Shown: in pieces, positions 38,312-46,990 of the stretch
How the letters are laid out: each line of letters begins with the position of its first letter
Position numbering within the stretch: position 1 is the first letter of the stretch
Source: Sashavirus BDX09P1
Sequence record: OZ035775.1
Strand: one strand, 5' to 3'
Length of the DNA: 58,371 bases
The notes under the pieces: generated by a model
Told to the model about the DNA's origin: nothing
Databases searched by the model: none
What the model saw: the letters and a program-made list of their open reading frames with translations, nothing else
Translations under genes and position numbers: made by a program

Positions 38312-38635
38312 ATGTCTGATAACCCAGTGTTGAGGTATTGGCCTATAATAGCATTTGTTGCCACGGGGTTGGTAGGTTACGGGGTAACTCAAAACCAAAT
38401 CAATTCTAATGAAAAAGATATTGCAGATGCAAAAACCTATGCGCACGAGGCGCTCAATCTGGCAAAACGAGTGGAATCCCGTGTGGATGTCCATGATATC
38501 AAAATTGAATATCAGGCAACACAGAACGCTGAAATCCTCACTAGTGTTAAAGAGCTAACACAGTCAACAAATGACCTGAAAGTTGTTATTGAAGGTTTGA
38601 AAGCGGAACAACGTAAAACCGGGAGTAAGCAATGA
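38312..38635 (+). CDS. membrane protein (single N-terminal TM, coiled coil)
   Basis: YWPIIAFVATGLVGYGV hydrophobic segment; first gene of lysis cluster. Confidence 0.4.
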   Translation: MSDNPVLRYWPIIAFVATGLVGYGVTQNQINSNEKDIADAKTYAHEALNLAKRVESRVDVHDIKIEYQATQNAEILTSVKELTQSTNDLKVVIEGLKAEQRKTGSKQ

Positions 38636-39021
38636 GTAACTTTAAATTCAGTCAGAGAAGTGAAAATAATCTGAAAGGGGTTAATTCAGATCTTGTGAAA
38701 ATAGTGCGTCGTGCACTTCAATTATCACCCGTTGATTTTGGTATCACAGAAGGTTTACGAACTGTTGAAAGACAACGACAACTGGTTGCGGCAGGTAAGA
38801 GTCAGACGATGAACAGTCGCCATATCACGGGTCATGCTGTTGATGTGTTTGCCTACCCTACATCAGCCGGGTCATGGGAATGGAAATACTACGAACAGAT
38901 CGCCACTGCTTTTAAACAGGCTGCTAAAGAACTGAACATTCCTGTCGAATGGGGCGGTGACTGGAAAACACTGAAAGATGGTCCACACTTCCAGTTACCA
39001 CATGCGAAATATCCCGCGTGA
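38632..39021 (+). CDS. endolysin, L-alanyl-D-glutamate peptidase (M15-like)
   Basis: SRHITGHAVDV ... DGPHFQL metal-binding pattern typical of VanY/M15 endolysins. Confidence 0.75.
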   Translation: MSNFKFSQRSENNLKGVNSDLVKIVRRALQLSPVDFGITEGLRTVERQRQLVAAGKSQTMNSRHITGHAVDVFAYPTSAGSWEWKYYEQIATAFKQAAKELNIPVEWGGDWKTLKDGPHFQLPHAKYPA

Positions 39022-39031
39022 GATAACAATC

Positions 39032-39262
39032 ATGGATAAATTCAGCATATTACGTAACACAACCGGGGGGATCTCTTTAAGCCGCGCACAAGCGGCTTTA
39101 GGCTTCCTCGTGGTAACAGGTATTCTGATTTACCAGGCCGTGGACCGTACACTTGATGATACAGTGCTGTTAACCTATTTCGGTTTCTGTATCGGTCAGT
39201 ATGTTGGTGCTAAAAAAATCGCTGTAGATAAACAACGAGGTACGCCAAATGACAACCCGTAG
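39032..39262 (+). CDS. putative holin
   Basis: Two TM-like segments (AALGFLVVTGILIYQAV, LLTYFGFCIGQYVGA), charged C-terminus. Confidence 0.45.
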   Translation: MDKFSILRNTTGGISLSRAQAALGFLVVTGILIYQAVDRTLDDTVLLTYFGFCIGQYVGAKKIAVDKQRGTPNDNP

Positions 39263-39647
39263 TGTGTTAATCACCGTTGTTGCAACTGTTCTGGTATTAG
39301 GCGCTGGTGCGTATACGTGTTACCACGCGGGATATAAAGCACGGGTAAATGAAGAACGTCAGGAACGTTTAGACGATGCACAACGGGAACAACAACGGTT
39401 AAAGGCACAACAGGAACTGGCAGATGATGTACTTCGTGGTTTAGCTGACTGGTCGCAGAATACTAAAATCGTGGAAATACGACATGAAAAGACTAATACT
39501 GTTTTTCGTAACGAGTGTCTTACTTCTGAATATCAACGCTTGTACAACGAACGAGTTACCGAAGCAGAAGCCCGTTTATCAGGCCGCATTAGTTCAGAAG
39601 TGTCAGACCGAAAACCTTCCACGGCTGAACGGTCTGACAGGAAGTGA
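39249..39647 (+). CDS. i-spanin (Rz-like)
   Basis: N-terminal TM then charged coiled-coil region. Confidence 0.55.
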   Translation: MTTRSVLITVVATVLVLGAGAYTCYHAGYKARVNEERQERLDDAQREQQRLKAQQELADDVLRGLADWSQNTKIVEIRHEKTNTVFRNECLTSEYQRLYNERVTEAEARLSGRISSEVSDRKPSTAERSDRK

Positions 39648-39732
39648 TTCAACAGATGTTAATGATCAGTGGTTAGATATTTATTTCAAATGTGCAACTA
39701 TTCACAACGCATTAGTAGACAGTCTTCAGTAA
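39484..39732 (+). CDS. o-spanin (Rz1-like lipoprotein), embedded in i-spanin gene
   Basis: Signal peptide with lipobox-like LNINAC, starts inside 39249-39647 in another frame and extends past its stop. Confidence 0.55.
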   Translation: MKRLILFFVTSVLLLNINACTTNELPKQKPVYQAALVQKCQTENLPRLNGLTGSDSTDVNDQWLDIYFKCATIHNALVDSLQ

Positions 39733-39945
39733 ATCTTCAACCGACACCTCAATCCACGATGCGGGAACCGGATATTCAGTCCGGTACATGAACAAGGATG
39801 TTCCTATCAACCCGTGTGGATCTGTTTTAATCCCTCGCATGTTCAACAATGGAAAAAACTGTTCGCGTGTTTGTGGCAATCTTGCAAAGCGTCCTGTCGG
39901 GCGTTTAGCAGGATCCATAGGGTTGAATTCAACGATTGTGGACAT
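39712..39945 (-). CDS. hypothetical protein
   Basis: Track ORF. Confidence 0.4.
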   Translation of the reverse strand: MSTIVEFNPMDPAKRPTGRFARLPQTREQFFPLLNMRGIKTDPHGLIGTSLFMYRTEYPVPASWIEVSVEDLLKTVY

Positions 39946-39951
39946 AGTGAG

Positions 39952-40392
39952 TTACTCCAGTGAATAGATTGTAATTTCGCAATCAATGTTGTTCAATTTT
40001 TCATAAATCAAAGGTCTGACTACTGACCATGATAAACCACCATTTGAACAACCTAATCGTGGTAATGAAACTGAACGTATTTTAAAGTGTCTGATGACTT
40101 TTATAAGATCGTCCAAACCATATTCAATCCATTGTAATTGTGAAGGATTACACCAATGTTCTTTAGTTGGAAAATTAATAATTATCTGATTGTTTTCAGA
40201 TGTGACAAACATTTTTCCAACTTTTACACGGTGTTGTTCACAGGCTTTTCGGTACTGTTTAAAATTGTCAGGAAAGGTTCTTTTAAACGCTAATGCAATA
40301 CCTTTACCCATTACACCAACGCAATTCACGGTGTTTACTAGAGCATGTGAATTGCTTTTAAGAAGGTCCCCCGTGACTTCTATTACTGACAT
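39952..40392 (-). CDS. macro domain protein
   Basis: VNTVNCVGVMGKGIALAFK ... LPRLGCSNGGL matches macrodomain ADP-ribose-binding signature; AGGAG RBS. Confidence 0.65.
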   Translation of the reverse strand: MSVIEVTGDLLKSNSHALVNTVNCVGVMGKGIALAFKRTFPDNFKQYRKACEQHRVKVGKMFVTSENNQIIINFPTKEHWCNPSQLQWIEYGLDDLIKVIRHFKIRSVSLPRLGCSNGGLSWSVVRPLIYEKLNNIDCEITIYSLE

Positions 40393-40897
40393 AACAATAA
40401 CTCCTGTACGCTTGTCTTTTTATTTTCTGATAGTCGGAAACTTTTACAGATCTTGTTTTACATTCACCAATACGATGTGGGTCGAAAATAAACATCACCT
40501 GTGAACGGTCATTTCCTCCTGCTGGTAACCCGGTGTCAGGGTCTACAAATGCTATACGGCCTTTAAACACCCATAGTTCCGAACAATGTGTCAGTGCTTT
40601 GTGAAACCAGTCTGCAGACGTCATAGCGTTCACAAGTAATAACGAACCAGTTCCCTGATAAACAGTGGTTATTATTTTATTAACCCAGGGGGACGGATCG
40701 CTGTATGGTGGGTTACACCAGACGAATCCACCACCATTACTTTGAACAATCGAATGCCAGTCTTTATTCAGACTATCAGTGATGAACAACGAACATTTAG
40801 CGTTAGAACCATCGGTACACACATCAAGAACAAGTGGGAATTCACGAGAAACGTTATCAATAAAATCCCACGGTGTTTCCCAGTTGTCTTTAGCCAT
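40358..40897 (-). CDS. DNA N6-adenine methyltransferase (phage Dam family)
   Basis: WETPWDF ... DVCTD ... WCNPPYS motif; start at MAKDNWETP with GGAGAG RBS. Confidence 0.8.
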   Translation of the reverse strand: MAKDNWETPWDFIDNVSREFPLVLDVCTDGSNAKCSLFITDSLNKDWHSIVQSNGGGFVWCNPPYSDPSPWVNKIITTVYQGTGSLLLVNAMTSADWFHKALTHCSELWVFKGRIAFVDPDTGLPAGGNDRSQVMFIFDPHRIGECKTRSVKVSDYQKIKRQAYRSYCYVSNRSHGGPS

Positions 40898-41243
40898 GTT
40901 CCGGTACACTCTCCACGCTGTAATAAACAGGAATACCCAGACGTTCAGCTTCTGCAATTTCTGCCAGCGTACCAGACGAACGACGATAATCAGGAAGCAC
41001 CAGAACAGCGTCACAGCGGCGCATAATTTCTAACGTACCTGATAGGTAGTATTCAGGTTGTATATTGCGTAAACCGCCGTCAAAGTCCCACAATTCGGTG
41101 TTCTTGTGAGGGATAACCGGGAACCACCCCGGACGTTGTAAAGCAAGTCGTTTACCTGTCTGTTCAGCGCGCGACACGTTACGGGATGTTTTAAGCGCAC
41201 AATCAGCACGATAAGGCCCGGCAATGTAACAGAGTTTAATCAT
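40890..41243 (-). CDS. nucleoside 2-deoxyribosyltransferase-like protein
   Basis: MIKLCYIAGPY...AVLVLPDY...SSGTLAEIAEAERLGIPV pattern; 8-bp overlap with Dam. Confidence 0.45.
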   Translation of the reverse strand: MIKLCYIAGPYRADCALKTSRNVSRAEQTGKRLALQRPGWFPVIPHKNTELWDFDGGLRNIQPEYYLSGTLEIMRRCDAVLVLPDYRRSSGTLAEIAEAERLGIPVYYSVESVPEHG

Positions 41244-41583
41244 GGTTGTTTTCCTGCATCTGTAAGAACACAATCATTGCGGCACGGAGTGGGTTAGCGT
41301 GAATAACACATGAGTCATCCGCATAAATCATTTCTGTCGCATCACCAGTAATTCCATCAATATCAGCATTTTCAGGTAAAGCGATCCACGATGAATCTGT
41401 TGAAACAATACTAATTTTATTTTCAATAATAATCGGCATTGCATCAGTCGGATTAGTGGTATATTTGAAACCACCCCGTGACCAACAACCTTGGATATCT
41501 TTATCGTCAGTATGAACACCGTAAATAACTTTCAAAACAAGGCGGTCAATATCTCTATCATTCATCTTATTGTAATCAGTCAT
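41236..41583 (-). CDS. hypothetical protein
   Basis: Track ORF. Confidence 0.4.
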   Translation of the reverse strand: MTDYNKMNDRDIDRLVLKVIYGVHTDDKDIQGCWSRGGFKYTTNPTDAMPIIIENKISIVSTDSSWIALPENADIDGITGDATEMIYADDSCVIHANPLRAAMIVFLQMQENNHD

Positions 41584-42112
41584 GACGATTCATCCCTTCT
41601 AACATGTCCCAGATAAGCGCAACACGACGCGGGTCAGTGCTGATAGTGTGTAAAGTTTCACATCCGTAATGCCATCCCCAACGAACGGATAATTCTGACA
41701 ATAGATAACCACGGGAATTAGCCAGTTCAGCCAGTTCACCGGGTTTAAACGTCGTTGTATTAGGTTCTGTAAGAACACGAGTACCACAGATAGCGTCACT
41801 GATGCGCCACGGTTTCATCAGGTCATCAACTTTGTACCAGTTACTGATACTGATTTCAGACGTTCCCCAGCGTGCAGCCAGTTTAAGACGTTCCTGACGG
41901 GCCGGGAACATTGGCATCTGTGGTAAACGCAGTTGGATCTGTTCTGCAGGTTCAAACATGTCATCGTCTGTTAAACGAAATTCACCACGGTCATCAATAT
42001 AAAAACCACGGGAACGACCATCACGGGTGAACCCGTCAACACGGTTATAAATTTTACCGGGAGTAAAGACACCAATCGGTGAACCAGTTACGAATTTGTG
42101 TGAAGTATGCAT
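41576..42112 (-). CDS. hypothetical protein
   Basis: Track ORF. Confidence 0.4.
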   Translation of the reverse strand: MHTSHKFVTGSPIGVFTPGKIYNRVDGFTRDGRSRGFYIDDRGEFRLTDDDMFEPAEQIQLRLPQMPMFPARQERLKLAARWGTSEISISNWYKVDDLMKPWRISDAICGTRVLTEPNTTTFKPGELAELANSRGYLLSELSVRWGWHYGCETLHTISTDPRRVALIWDMLEGMNRHD

Positions 42113-42151
42113 TGTTATCGCCTCAATAAGTTTTAAATAATTCTATACGGT

Positions 42152-44008
42152 TTACCGAAGTGGTGCAACGAGTTTTTCAGCTTCTTTGATGTAAAAATCA
42201 TAATTGAGTGTTGCCCGGTTAAAACGTTTCATGTCGTTGCACTCAGTGGTCAACCAACCTTTACACACTGACATACGGCGTTCAGGCGCATCAGGGTTCA
42301 GTTTCAGTGATTTTGCCAGCGGTGGCATGACTTTTGTTAATGGTGCACCATCTGTGCTGACATAATAACGGGTAATGTTCTGAACCTGTTTGTCACCCCA
42401 TAACAACTTGCTGTTACGCGGCACTTTCGTCACCAACATAAAATCGTGAATATCGTCGTGTGATGTTATAAAATCACGAATATCTTTATTATGTACCAGT
42501 GCTGCTTCAGCCGCTTTTGCGACAACCTGCATACTGTGGTTTTGATGCCAACCAAGGTCAACGCTGTGACAATAAGCGCCTTTACGTTTAACTTTCTTAC
42601 CACCTTCGTAAACAGCGATGTAGTTGTTTACGTCGCGAATAAACATCACGTCATAAATCGCTTCTTCAAGCTGGAGTCTGGTTAATTTTTCCCACGCGTG
42701 ACGAACCTGTTCTACTTGTCCGGTAAACACTCGTGGTACGTAAACCGTAAGACCATCTGTGTTAGCCTGGATCATGGACAAACCAGGGATTTTCAGAAGT
42801 TCTTCAGCCAACATGCACAAAAGTAACTGTCCATTAATCGTAATAGCCATTGTATAAGCAGGATCGTAGAATGGACTGTATACGTTATTACTGTCACCAT
42901 ACACACCGTTTAACGCCAGTTTTAACATTGCATTTTCTGGTGTACCTTTCGGGTAACTGGAACGCATGTCGTAAACATTTTTATAAATGGTGCAAAATTG
43001 TTTTCCCAGATGTGCCGGATAAAGTTCATTACTGATCGCAAGGTTCGGGTAAAAACTGGCAACGTCCAGATCGATGATCACATAATTTTCACTGGACCTG
43101 ATAGTTTGAGACTCAATAGACCCGTGGATACCACCCGTACCAAAATCAAACGAGAACCCGTTAATGTCTGCACTTAAATCTGTAAATACACCTTTTGTTT
43201 CAGTGATGACCTGTTGACGTAACCAGTTAAGAACACGATTAAATTCAGGCTGTTCAAAACGGACATAAGGGAAAATCACGCTGTTTAATGCGATTGATAG
43301 TCTGTGCGTCTGTCGTGGTTTTCTACTACCCGGTTCGAAACATTGAATACCTGATTTTTCAAGTTCCATGATGAAATAGTCTTTACCGATTTTCGTGTCG
43401 TTATGGTTCATGAAATTACGACCGTATTTAGCAGAAAGTTCACGACGAAAATCTATCAGCTTTTTACTGTGTTTATAAAACATCAAAGTCGCTTTCAAAT
43501 CGTGCATCAGATATTGACGAAGCGTATCAATTTGAGAATCGGTTAAATAAGTCCCTGGTGTAAACGGAAGGTCTTCAATGTTTTCCATTCTCATATTGAA
43601 TTCAAGTGTTTTCAGACTTGTTCGTTTTGCCTGATTGTCGAAATGATGAATTTTGTACAAATCAAGCTGGGGAACTATCCAGTCTTTTTCCCACACCATA
43701 TGAGCAAAACGATTTTCATCACCGGCGTTAATTATCGAATCGCCTTTTTTGTAAATGTCTGCGTTGGTGATATACATGATGTTGTTCAAAATAGAATGCT
43801 GAACAGGATAGTCGTAACCCAGATTGTTATAACCAACTTCTTCAGCACGATGTTCACGCAAATATTCCGTGAAGAAGTAAAAAGCCTGACGATCATCGCG
43901 ACGATTTGAAATCTCAAAAATATAAGGCGTTTCAGTTAACGCGTGAATAGCACCGAACAGGAAAACATTAGGATAGTTTTCAATATCGTGAACGTAAGTA
44001 TCTGACAT
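42152..44008 (-). CDS. DNA polymerase, compact exonuclease-less type
   Basis: Motif-like strings DLDVASFYPNL, KLALNGVYGDSNN, QANTDGLTV in polymerase A/B/C order; family A versus B not resolved. Confidence 0.6.
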   Translation of the reverse strand: MSDTYVHDIENYPNVFLFGAIHALTETPYIFEISNRRDDRQAFYFFTEYLREHRAEEVGYNNLGYDYPVQHSILNNIMYITNADIYKKGDSIINAGDENRFAHMVWEKDWIVPQLDLYKIHHFDNQAKRTSLKTLEFNMRMENIEDLPFTPGTYLTDSQIDTLRQYLMHDLKATLMFYKHSKKLIDFRRELSAKYGRNFMNHNDTKIGKDYFIMELEKSGIQCFEPGSRKPRQTHRLSIALNSVIFPYVRFEQPEFNRVLNWLRQQVITETKGVFTDLSADINGFSFDFGTGGIHGSIESQTIRSSENYVIIDLDVASFYPNLAISNELYPAHLGKQFCTIYKNVYDMRSSYPKGTPENAMLKLALNGVYGDSNNVYSPFYDPAYTMAITINGQLLLCMLAEELLKIPGLSMIQANTDGLTVYVPRVFTGQVEQVRHAWEKLTRLQLEEAIYDVMFIRDVNNYIAVYEGGKKVKRKGAYCHSVDLGWHQNHSMQVVAKAAEAALVHNKDIRDFITSHDDIHDFMLVTKVPRNSKLLWGDKQVQNITRYYVSTDGAPLTKVMPPLAKSLKLNPDAPERRMSVCKGWLTTECNDMKRFNRATLNYDFYIKEAEKLVAPLR

Positions 44009-44088
44009 AATAAAACCCTGATAAGTAAATGGGGCACCATGGCCCCATGTCTGTTTAAAGCGGTATGTCGTCCCAGTTCCAGTAACTA

Positions 44089-44898
44089 TCAGTAACCGTT
44101 ACCGTTGAGAAAATTCGGGGCCGGGGTGGTCATTACCATATAACCGTTAGCGATCAGTTGTTCATCGTTCCAACCTTGCGCAATAAACTGTTCGTAAGTT
44201 GCACCACCTGCTTTTTCAGTCATCACCTTCACAGGTGCTGCCGCTGGTGTAGGCGCTGCTACAGGTGCTGCCGCTGGTGTAGGCGCTGCTACAGGTGTTA
44301 CGCCGATCGGACGTGCACCTTCAGGCATTGCAGGAGCAGCACCGAACACTGAGGCAGGAGCCGGACCAGAAATGATTTCTTCACCTGCATAAAGCAATTG
44401 CGCCATTTCCATGTTGATATACACACCAGCCTGATTACCTGTACGACCGTTTGCAACAGATGATCCGCTGATACGGTAGTAATAACCTTTTTTCGCCAGA
44501 TTTTTATCAATAACTGGTTGGTACGCTGCGTTATAAACAGGACACGCGTCAATAGCCACGTTGCGTGAGAAACCAATTACCCAGTGACCAGCATAACCAG
44601 TTTTACTCGCATGTTTCGGATCGTCACCGTTAATAATTTTCCATGCGAAAGTGGGTTGTTGTGGTTCGCCGTTCACATAGTGTGAGTTAGCTGCTCGCAT
44701 GATGGCCTGGAACACCGCACCAAGTTCACCTTGTTCTTCCCACCAGTTCGCAGCTGTTTTAGGAAATGCCAGACCAACCCACCAGTTATGTTTTTCAGGT
44801 GCTAACGGTTTATTTTCGTGGTCATGAGTGTTGATATCGAAAAAAGAACCGCCAACCAGACGACCAACCGGAGTTACAAAAGATTCTTTCTGTGCCAT
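44089..44898 (-). CDS. DUF2815-like phage protein (SSB-like partner of DUF2800)
   Basis: N-terminus MAQKESFVTPVGRLVGGSFF...; Pro/Ala repeat linker and conserved C-terminal peptide. Confidence 0.55.
   Translation of the reverse strand: MAQKESFVTPVGRLVGGSFFDINTHDHENKPLAPEKHNWWVGLAFPKTAANWWEEQGELGAVFQAIMRAANSHYVNGEPQQPTFAWKIINGDDPKHASKTGYAGHWVIGFSRNVAIDACPVYNAAYQPVIDKNLAKKGYYYRISGSSVANGRTGNQAGVYINMEMAQLLYAGEEIISGPAPASVFGAAPAMPEGARPIGVTPVAAPTPAAAPVAAPTPAAAPVKVMTEKAGGATYEQFIAQGWNDEQLIANGYMVMTTPAPNFLNGNGY
44231..44298 (-). repeat. 30-bp in-frame tandem repeat (about 2.3 copies)
   Basis: ACAGGTGCTGCCGCTGGTGTAGGCGCTGCT x2 encoding APTPAAAPVA. Confidence 0.8.
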
Positions 44899-44913
44899 GT
44901 TATTAACCTTCTT

Positions 44914-46059
44914 TTAAAGTGGACGTGCGCCAGTCGGCATCGTCACGGGTTTATTGAAAACAGATTCTGCCAGTGTGCTGTGACCTTTACGCGGGTCACT
45001 GTCAGGTACTAAAACTGGCCGACCTTCTGGTTTTGTTGTACACATGTCAACAAGTGCCGGAGGCAGTGATTTTTCCAGTGTTGACAACGGTTTTAATTTA
45101 CGTTCGTACAATGTTTCAGGGTTTACACCAAACATGGATGCAGCACCGATCAGTTTTCCTTCGTCCGTAAGCTGACGTCGGGTTTGCTTTGTTGCAAGTT
45201 TAAAACCCGGTAAAATCTTACCCATGCGAACAAAATGTAACCCCTGAGTATGTAACGCTGTTTTTGCTTCAGAAGAACGCGTATACAGTTCTTCAAGAAG
45301 TGCCAGACGACGCGCCACTTCTTCTGGCGTAAGTGATGGTGGTGCATCAAGAACAGTAGCCAATTCTAAAACCCTCTCATACATTGCCGGACACATACCA
45401 CGCGCCGGACAGTAATGACAATGACTACCAACATTTAACGGTGCGTCTGGTTTATGTGCTTCGTTAAACCCGTGTTTAAATCGTTCAGCCCATTCCATCA
45501 ATGTTACCCGGTTAAACTCCCACCGTCTTACAGGTCCGAGTGGGTGATAAGCCCGTGGCTGAACAATTGTGAACACAACGCGCTTAACTGTGTCGATGCA
45601 ACGTTGGTCCAGTGCATAATAGACCCCCTGTGAGTTATCAACTGCGTCAACTGCAACATGACCGTATTTATAATCCCATACATAAAGCGTATCAGTATTA
45701 AAGTCATACCAGCGATAATCACAGGTTCCGTACTGACCGGGTAACAACCAGTCAATGTGAATGCGAACTTCTGAAAACAGCGGATCAAGTTTCGCACCAA
45801 CTGAAAGAACATCTGCTATAAAGTCATCCGCGTAAATGTGCATGTCTTCAGTAACCTGAACACCGTTAGGAGCAAGACACGGCATTAATGGCGGTTTACC
45901 TTTAATCTTCTGTTCTAATACCCAGTGCCCGGCTGTACCTTCTTCAGCACTGGGTGACGATGGTTCTACATAGTCAATCCGCTGTGACAGTTGAACGCTA
46001 CCCGGACAAGCTAACCAACGTTTTGATCCACTGGCACTAAAGGTAGCGTGACTGGTCAT
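44914..46059 (-). CDS. DUF2800-like PD-(D/E)xK nuclease with C-terminal Cys cluster
   Basis: N-terminus MTSHATFSASGSKRWLACPGS; CHYCPARGMCP cluster (Cas4-like arrangement). Confidence 0.6.
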   Translation of the reverse strand: MTSHATFSASGSKRWLACPGSVQLSQRIDYVEPSSPSAEEGTAGHWVLEQKIKGKPPLMPCLAPNGVQVTEDMHIYADDFIADVLSVGAKLDPLFSEVRIHIDWLLPGQYGTCDYRWYDFNTDTLYVWDYKYGHVAVDAVDNSQGVYYALDQRCIDTVKRVVFTIVQPRAYHPLGPVRRWEFNRVTLMEWAERFKHGFNEAHKPDAPLNVGSHCHYCPARGMCPAMYERVLELATVLDAPPSLTPEEVARRLALLEELYTRSSEAKTALHTQGLHFVRMGKILPGFKLATKQTRRQLTDEGKLIGAASMFGVNPETLYERKLKPLSTLEKSLPPALVDMCTTKPEGRPVLVPDSDPRKGHSTLAESVFNKPVTMPTGARPL

Positions 46060-46820
46060 CAGAATGCCCCACCCATTTGTTTAACAGATTCAGCCTGACC
46101 AACAATGTTTTCAGCATCAGCAGGGGCAGCGTTAATACGTTCAATCAGTTCGATGATAGATTTCAGTTTTACTGGGTCGTCAATCTGCATCACGTTTTGA
46201 GTTTCATACAGTCCCATGATTCGCTGACTTAATGGCGCAGCACGGTCACCCATAATTTGTCCAAACATCTGCATCAGTGCTGACTGAAGAACCTGGGTGT
46301 TATAAACTTTAGCCGGATCCGTGGTTACAGGTTGCTCGACTGGTGCAGCCGGTACTGCTGGTACAACTGGAGCTACCGGAGCGGCAGGAACCGCTGGAGC
46401 AGGATCAACAGGTGCTACATAACCAGGTGCGAGTTCTGCAGGTCCGGTATAACGCCCTGCTTCAACTGCTTCAGCGATAAGTTCACGTTTAACACCGTCA
46501 ACAAACGCTTCATCCAGTTTTTTCTTTTGACGCCACAGACCATCACCTTTGTTCAGGGATTTACTGTCGGTGTGGATACGCGGATCATGACGCAAACCCC
46601 ATTTGTCGAACTCTTCAGTGCTGGTTTCGTTATCGTCAACATCTTCAGTTGGTGCAGATACAACAGGCAGTGATTCAGCAACGACAGTCACAGTTTCTTT
46701 AGTGATACCATCACCAGGAGCAGTCATAAGCGGTGCAGCACCAGTCGCAATCGCTGCTGCCAGATTGTTGATCGCAGTTTCCAGACCCGGAGCAGTTACA
46801 AGTAATTTAACTTCGAACAT
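46059..46820 (-). CDS. hypothetical protein with Pro/Ala/Val-rich linker
   Basis: PAPAVPAAPVAPVVPAVPAAPV low-complexity segment; first gene after P10/P11. Confidence 0.45.
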   Translation of the reverse strand: MFEVKLLVTAPGLETAINNLAAAIATGAAPLMTAPGDGITKETVTVVAESLPVVSAPTEDVDDNETSTEEFDKWGLRHDPRIHTDSKSLNKGDGLWRQKKKLDEAFVDGVKRELIAEAVEAGRYTGPAELAPGYVAPVDPAPAVPAAPVAPVVPAVPAAPVEQPVTTDPAKVYNTQVLQSALMQMFGQIMGDRAAPLSQRIMGLYETQNVMQIDDPVKLKSIIELIERINAAPADAENIVGQAESVKQMGGAF

Positions 46821-46852
46821 TACGTTTTCCTCTTGTTGTTTGGTTGTCGCTA

Positions 46853-46893
46853 ACTTTAAAAGGTGTTGTGTAATCTGTCAAGAATTATTTTAC
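46853..46893 (-). promoter_or_regulatory. sigma70-like promoter P10 (conserved motif copy)
   Basis: Minus strand TGTAAAATAATTC-TTGACA-17-TAAAGT. Confidence 0.6.
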
Positions 46894-46915
46894 ACTCGCC
46901 TTTCGTTGATGCAGA

Positions 46916-46956
46916 TGTTAGAGGAATAAGTTGCAATGCGTCAAGAACTATTTTAA
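46916..46956 (-). promoter_or_regulatory. sigma70-like promoter P11 (tandem second copy)
   Basis: Minus strand TTTAAAATAGTTC-TTGACG-17-CTAACA. Confidence 0.5.
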
Positions 46957-46990
46957 ACTTTTTTCACGATTCGATATTACAGGGTAGAAA

